IMG/VR virus record: IMGVR_UViG_3300033076_000370
Span: 1 to 39,269 of that record
Reading direction: 5' to 3' (one strand)
DNA from: a virus
Taxonomy: Duplodnaviria > Caudoviricetes
DNA: 39,269 bases
The position numbers were made by a program, and so were the translations under genes. Shown here piece by piece: positions 35,752-39,269 of this stretch (the first letter of the stretch is position 1; every line of letters starts with the position of its first letter). The notes below the pieces were generated by a model. The model made no database searches. It worked only from the letters and a program-made list of their open reading frames with translations, and had not been told where the DNA came from.

Positions 35752-37689
35752 ATGATATCAAAAGTAATTGCAATTTATCCTGGACGCTTTCAGCCGTTTG
35801 GAAAACACCATGAAACTGCTTATCGAGCTCTTCAGAAAAAATTTGGTCAAGCTAATACATATATAGCAACTAGTGACAAAGTAGAGTTTCCTAAATCGCC
35901 ATTTACATTTAAAGATAAAAAACAAATTTTATCGTTATATGGATTGCAAGATGATGTTGTGCTAACTAAACAACCTTACGTTGCAACAGAAATATTGCAG
36001 CAATTTGATCCTGCCACGACAGCTGTTGTATTTATGGTCGGCGATAAAGATATGAAAGAAGATCCTCGCTTTGCTATGAAACCTAAAAAAGACGGGTCAC
36101 CTTCATTTTATAAACCATATGAAGCTAATAAAAACAATTTAGAAGGATATGATAAGCATGGTTATTTGTTTGTAGCACCTCACGTATCATTAAACGTACC
36201 TGGATTTGGTGAAATGTCAGGCACAAGTTTACGTAAATTGTTAAGCAGTAATTTAACTCCAGAGAATCAACAAAAAGTATTTAAAGCGGTATTTGGCAAA
36301 TGGGATCCTGAAATTGCCGAACTAATATTCGATAAATTAAAAATAAAATCTGAAATGAATCTTTTTACTAAAGACTGGTGGTCTGAGTCGTTAAACCTAG
36401 ACGAAGATGATGATCCTTGTTGGGATGGATATAAACAAATAGGAATGAAAAAGAAAGGTAAACGTCAAGTTCCTAATTGCGTTCCTGAATCTGTAACTGA
36501 AGGGTATCCAACACCTGCAATGGCTAAAAAGCATGATCAGAAAATTTCCAAGCTTCGTGATTTCCTTTCATCTAATACCGGAAGAGAATTTGTATACAGC
36601 TTTAATGATTTTCCAAAGACAGTATATGGAGTAAAAATGCTTGAGAGTCTATTGAAAGAGGGCGGAGCAGGAGGACATATGGCGCATCCCTTTGATATAC
36701 CTACAGTAACTAACGGAACCGACTTAATTTCCGTCTTTAATAAATCAGTGGATTACTTATCCAAGACTGCAGCATCGGTTAAAATAGACGGCGTAAACGC
36801 TTCTATTAGATTGGTAGATATTGACGGTCGAAAGACGTTTGTAATGGATAGAGGTTCTAATAAACCATTAGACGTTAAAGGTATTACCAAAGCAGAATTA
36901 GAAGATCGTTTTGGAGCGGGGCATGGAATGATTATAGTAGGCGGAAAGGTGTTAGACATATTTAACGATGCCATTCCAGCTATTACTTCAGACTTAAAGA
37001 AATTAGGTCTTTGGGACAATCCAAATATTATGTTTAATATTGAGTACGTTGCAGGTTCAACTAACGTATTAAATTATGGTAAGAATTTCTTAGCTATTCA
37101 CGGATTATTAGAAATAAAGCAAGTAACTCCTACTAAACGAGCTACTTCAGAAAAGACTTATAATAAAGCTGTAATGAAGCAGTTAATTATTAACTTAACA
37201 CCAACTGCTAGTAAACAAGGATATGAAGTGTTAGGATCAGTTCCTACTAAATTAGAAGGTACTCCTAACTTAGACGCAGCGTTAAGTAAGACTTATACTA
37301 TTAATTTAACTCCTGATAAAAAAGTTACCAAGTCTCTTAAGACGCTATTGTCAAAAGCAACTAATCCTAAAGACGCTAGAATTAAAACTAAAGAAGGTAA
37401 AGACATTGGTGCATTATCTAAAGAGGTATTAATTAAAATTGCTGACGGAGTTCCTTTATCAGAATGGGTAGCGAGCCCTAAAGATTATCAATTAGCGATT
37501 GACGGATTTACTATTTACATGGCTACTATGAAATTAGGAGACGCTGTATTAGAAAAATTAACTTCTCCATTAGGCCCTGTAACGGAGCATGAAGGTATTG
37601 TTATTCGAGATAAATCTATATACAATAAGCCGTTTAAAATTACTGGAAAGTTTATTTTAGGAGGTTTGGCAACTAGTTTTAGAAAGTAA
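35752..37689 (+). CDS. Fusion: cytidyltransferase-like (HIGH superfamily) domain, short Cys module, ATP-dependent ligase-like domain
   Basis: IYPGRFQPFGKHH, SPFTF, VGDKD, MSGTSLR; CWDGYKQIGMKKKGKRQVPNCVP; GGAGGHMAHPFD, SVKIDG, FNIE, HEGIVIRD, FKITG. Confidence 0.7.
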   Translation: MISKVIAIYPGRFQPFGKHHETAYRALQKKFGQANTYIATSDKVEFPKSPFTFKDKKQILSLYGLQDDVVLTKQPYVATEILQQFDPATTAVVFMVGDKDMKEDPRFAMKPKKDGSPSFYKPYEANKNNLEGYDKHGYLFVAPHVSLNVPGFGEMSGTSLRKLLSSNLTPENQQKVFKAVFGKWDPEIAELIFDKLKIKSEMNLFTKDWWSESLNLDEDDDPCWDGYKQIGMKKKGKRQVPNCVPESVTEGYPTPAMAKKHDQKISKLRDFLSSNTGREFVYSFNDFPKTVYGVKMLESLLKEGGAGGHMAHPFDIPTVTNGTDLISVFNKSVDYLSKTAASVKIDGVNASIRLVDIDGRKTFVMDRGSNKPLDVKGITKAELEDRFGAGHGMIIVGGKVLDIFNDAIPAITSDLKKLGLWDNPNIMFNIEYVAGSTNVLNYGKNFLAIHGLLEIKQVTPTKRATSEKTYNKAVMKQLIINLTPTASKQGYEVLGSVPTKLEGTPNLDAALSKTYTINLTPDKKVTKSLKTLLSKATNPKDARIKTKEGKDIGALSKEVLIKIADGVPLSEWVASPKDYQLAIDGFTIYMATMKLGDAVLEKLTSPLGPVTEHEGIVIRDKSIYNKPFKITGKFILGGLATSFRK

Positions 37690-37690
37690 G

Positions 37691-37698
37691 ATAATTAT
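37691..37698 (+). promoter_or_regulatory. Variant late motif ATAATTAT
   Basis: In a 13-nt intergenic gap before ATG 37703; the same variant occurs at 14623-14630. Confidence 0.4.
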
Positions 37699-37702
37699 TA
37701 AT

Positions 37703-38335
37703 ATGGCAAATAAGTTACGTAATATTGAAGCAATTCGAAAGATGCTGGATGGCACTCATAGAATGCAAACTAAAAAATCATTTGGTTATGAAAAGCAAAA
37801 CGTCACTCGAAACGTTGGGGATGTTTGGACAGATGAAAATGGCACTGAATGGGAACAGAAAGAAGGGTATAAAATTAATCGTGGTAAGTTAAATGAGCTT
37901 CGAGCTTATTTACAATCATTAAAAATGCCTTCAACGTGTCCTAAGTGTAGTGGAGAAATGAAAGGTAAGGCACATGAAAAAATGTGGAAGTTATTTAAGC
38001 ATTGTTTAAATTGTCAAGTAGAAGCCGAGCATAATATGAAGTTGGAAGGCACTTATGAACAATTCTTTAAAGAGTTTCAGCTTAAAAATGCTGAAGCTTG
38101 GTTAAAAGACGCTGAACAAGAAGCTAAAGAAATTGTGCATGCTATTAGAAGTAGATTGGCATTTGCAAATTCAGATGGAACTGTTGAAGAATGGGAAGGA
38201 GGAATTGATCCAGATGAGTTGGCTAATAAAATAGAAAAGGAATTTGAAACATTCAAAGAGAACTTTATAAATAAATTAAAAGATGATAACAGAGTTGAGA
38301 ACGTTAATCCGTCAGGAGATAGCGAGAGTAATTAA
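37703..38335 (+). CDS. Hypothetical Zn-finger protein
   Basis: CPKC-x16-CLNC. Confidence 0.75.
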   Translation: MANKLRNIEAIRKMLDGTHRMQTKKSFGYEKQNVTRNVGDVWTDENGTEWEQKEGYKINRGKLNELRAYLQSLKMPSTCPKCSGEMKGKAHEKMWKLFKHCLNCQVEAEHNMKLEGTYEQFFKEFQLKNAEAWLKDAEQEAKEIVHAIRSRLAFANSDGTVEEWEGGIDPDELANKIEKEFETFKENFINKLKDDNRVENVNPSGDSESN

Positions 38336-38612
38336 AGAAGATGTAGGTGCTTGGAGACGAGTAATTATTACGTCTACTAAAAAAGATGCTATAGAGCAGG
38401 AAATCAATAATATGATGAAAGCACCTGACTTTAAATCTAAATACGCTAGTTTGAAAATTGTATTTAAACCAGCTGTTAAAGATAATACTTTAATTGTAGA
38501 TTTGAATGGACCTTCAGCTACTGGTATATCTAAAAAAGTATCTGATTATGCTAAGAAGCATGATAAGAGTGCGATAGTAAAAATTAGAACAGAACCTAAA
38601 TTATCTAAATAA
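38283..38612 (+). CDS. Hypothetical protein with LRTLIRQEI N-terminus
   Basis: ORF coupled to the next gene (TAATG). Confidence 0.7.
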   Translation: MITELRTLIRQEIARVIKEDVGAWRRVIITSTKKDAIEQEINNMMKAPDFKSKYASLKIVFKPAVKDNTLIVDLNGPSATGISKKVSDYAKKHDKSAIVKIRTEPKLSK

Positions 38613-38968
38613 TGGAACCGAACGTTAACGTATCTAGACAACTTAAAAAAGCGACAGATGCATTACAATCTGCAATGTTGACTAAACAAGAATTGGAAAA
38701 GCAAATCATGATGATGAAAAAAGCTTTCCTTTCAGAAACAGATCCTACTAGAAAAGAAAGAATTAAGCCAAAGTTAATTAAACTTAATCGAGAATTAAAA
38801 GCAGCTGAGCAGGCATTGGCGTCTGCAGATGCTAATTTTCATCGTTTATTAGCAACTGAGCCCGATGAAGATATTTATGATTTATTAGATCATAAAATTC
38901 AAGAGTATATTGTACGTAAACAAGTACGTAGAGTAGTTACTGAAACTTTAAAAAAGTTAAAGAAATGA
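38612..38968 (+). CDS. Hypothetical coiled-coil protein
   Basis: Heptad pattern; coupled ORF. Confidence 0.75.
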   Translation: MEPNVNVSRQLKKATDALQSAMLTKQELEKQIMMMKKAFLSETDPTRKERIKPKLIKLNRELKAAEQALASADANFHRLLATEPDEDIYDLLDHKIQEYIVRKQVRRVVTETLKKLKK

Positions 38969-39269
38969 TAAAGTTAAAAGATTTATTAAAAGAAGCTGAA
39001 GAACCAAAGGTAATTTCTCTTCATGACGCAGTATCAGATTTCTTTGATAAGAATAAAAAGAAATTAGAAAATTTAGTCGATGAAGACGAATGGGACGATT
39101 TTTACGATTTAGCATTTGAAAAATTTCCTGATGAAGATCAAGACGATGTAGCACAGGCAATGAATAAATGTGCTATGAGAGCTGGTTGGTTTGAGAACGA
39201 GGAAGTAGCTGAAATGCCAAAAGAAAAAGATTTAGAGACCATGGCATTTGGAGAAAAGTCTCAGCAAAA
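38965..39269 (+). CDS. Acidic hypothetical protein, 3'-truncated (MIKLKDLLKEAEEPKV...), absent from the ORF track
   Basis: ATGA overlap with the previous stop; frame stays open to the window end. Confidence 0.8.
   Translation, partial: MIKLKDLLKEAEEPKVISLHDAVSDFFDKNKKKLENLVDEDEWDDFYDLAFEKFPDEDQDDVAQAMNKCAMRAGWFENEEVAEMPKEKDLETMAFGEKSQQ

Noticed and set aside
38957-39160. 67-aa minus-strand ORF
   Set aside because: Antisense to the coupled + strand ORF starting at 38965.
1-39269. Stop-codon reassignment
   Set aside because: Genes are full length and tightly packed in the standard code; TAA, TGA (e.g. 1887) and TAG (3945) all end genes.
1-39269. tRNA, rRNA, intron or intein
   Set aside because: Intergenic gaps are too short or lack cloverleaf motifs; no split genes or intein terminal motifs noticed in primase or Mre11-Rad50 (by eye only).

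Overview
A 39.3-kb, AT-rich, gene-dense segment of a large contractile-tailed (T4-like architecture) phage, with every credible gene on the + strand in the standard genetic code. The host is probably Bacteroidota: there are no Shine-Dalgarno sites, and five TTTG-N20-TAyATTA promoters resemble the Bacteroidota -33/-7 type. Layout: (i) 1-10.1 kb, early/accessory genes (small hypotheticals, SLT transglycosylase plus 4-TM protein, SAM methyltransferase, UvsE, ClpP-like protease, HD protein, gp55-like sigma factor). (ii) 10.1-24.0 kb, baseplate/tail module (gp5/gpV-like, gp25, gp6, gp7-like, tail-collar-like proteins). (iii) 24.0-28.6 kb, T7 endonuclease I-like resolvase, primase and a single-chain Mre11-Rad50 (SbcD-SbcC) fusion. 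(iv) a 2359-aa repeat-rich tail fibre. (v) a nucleotidyltransferase/ligase-like fusion and small helical proteins carrying (L/I/V)-x-E motifs. Main observations: a two-class promoter system (host-like early promoter versus an ATATTTAT late motif); late motifs embedded in hairpins that would hide start sites on read-through mRNA; a possible protease-processed, virion-packaged NTase-ligase polyprotein; and a tail-collar fold that appears split between adjacent genes. All functional calls come from motif recognition by eye; no database search was run.
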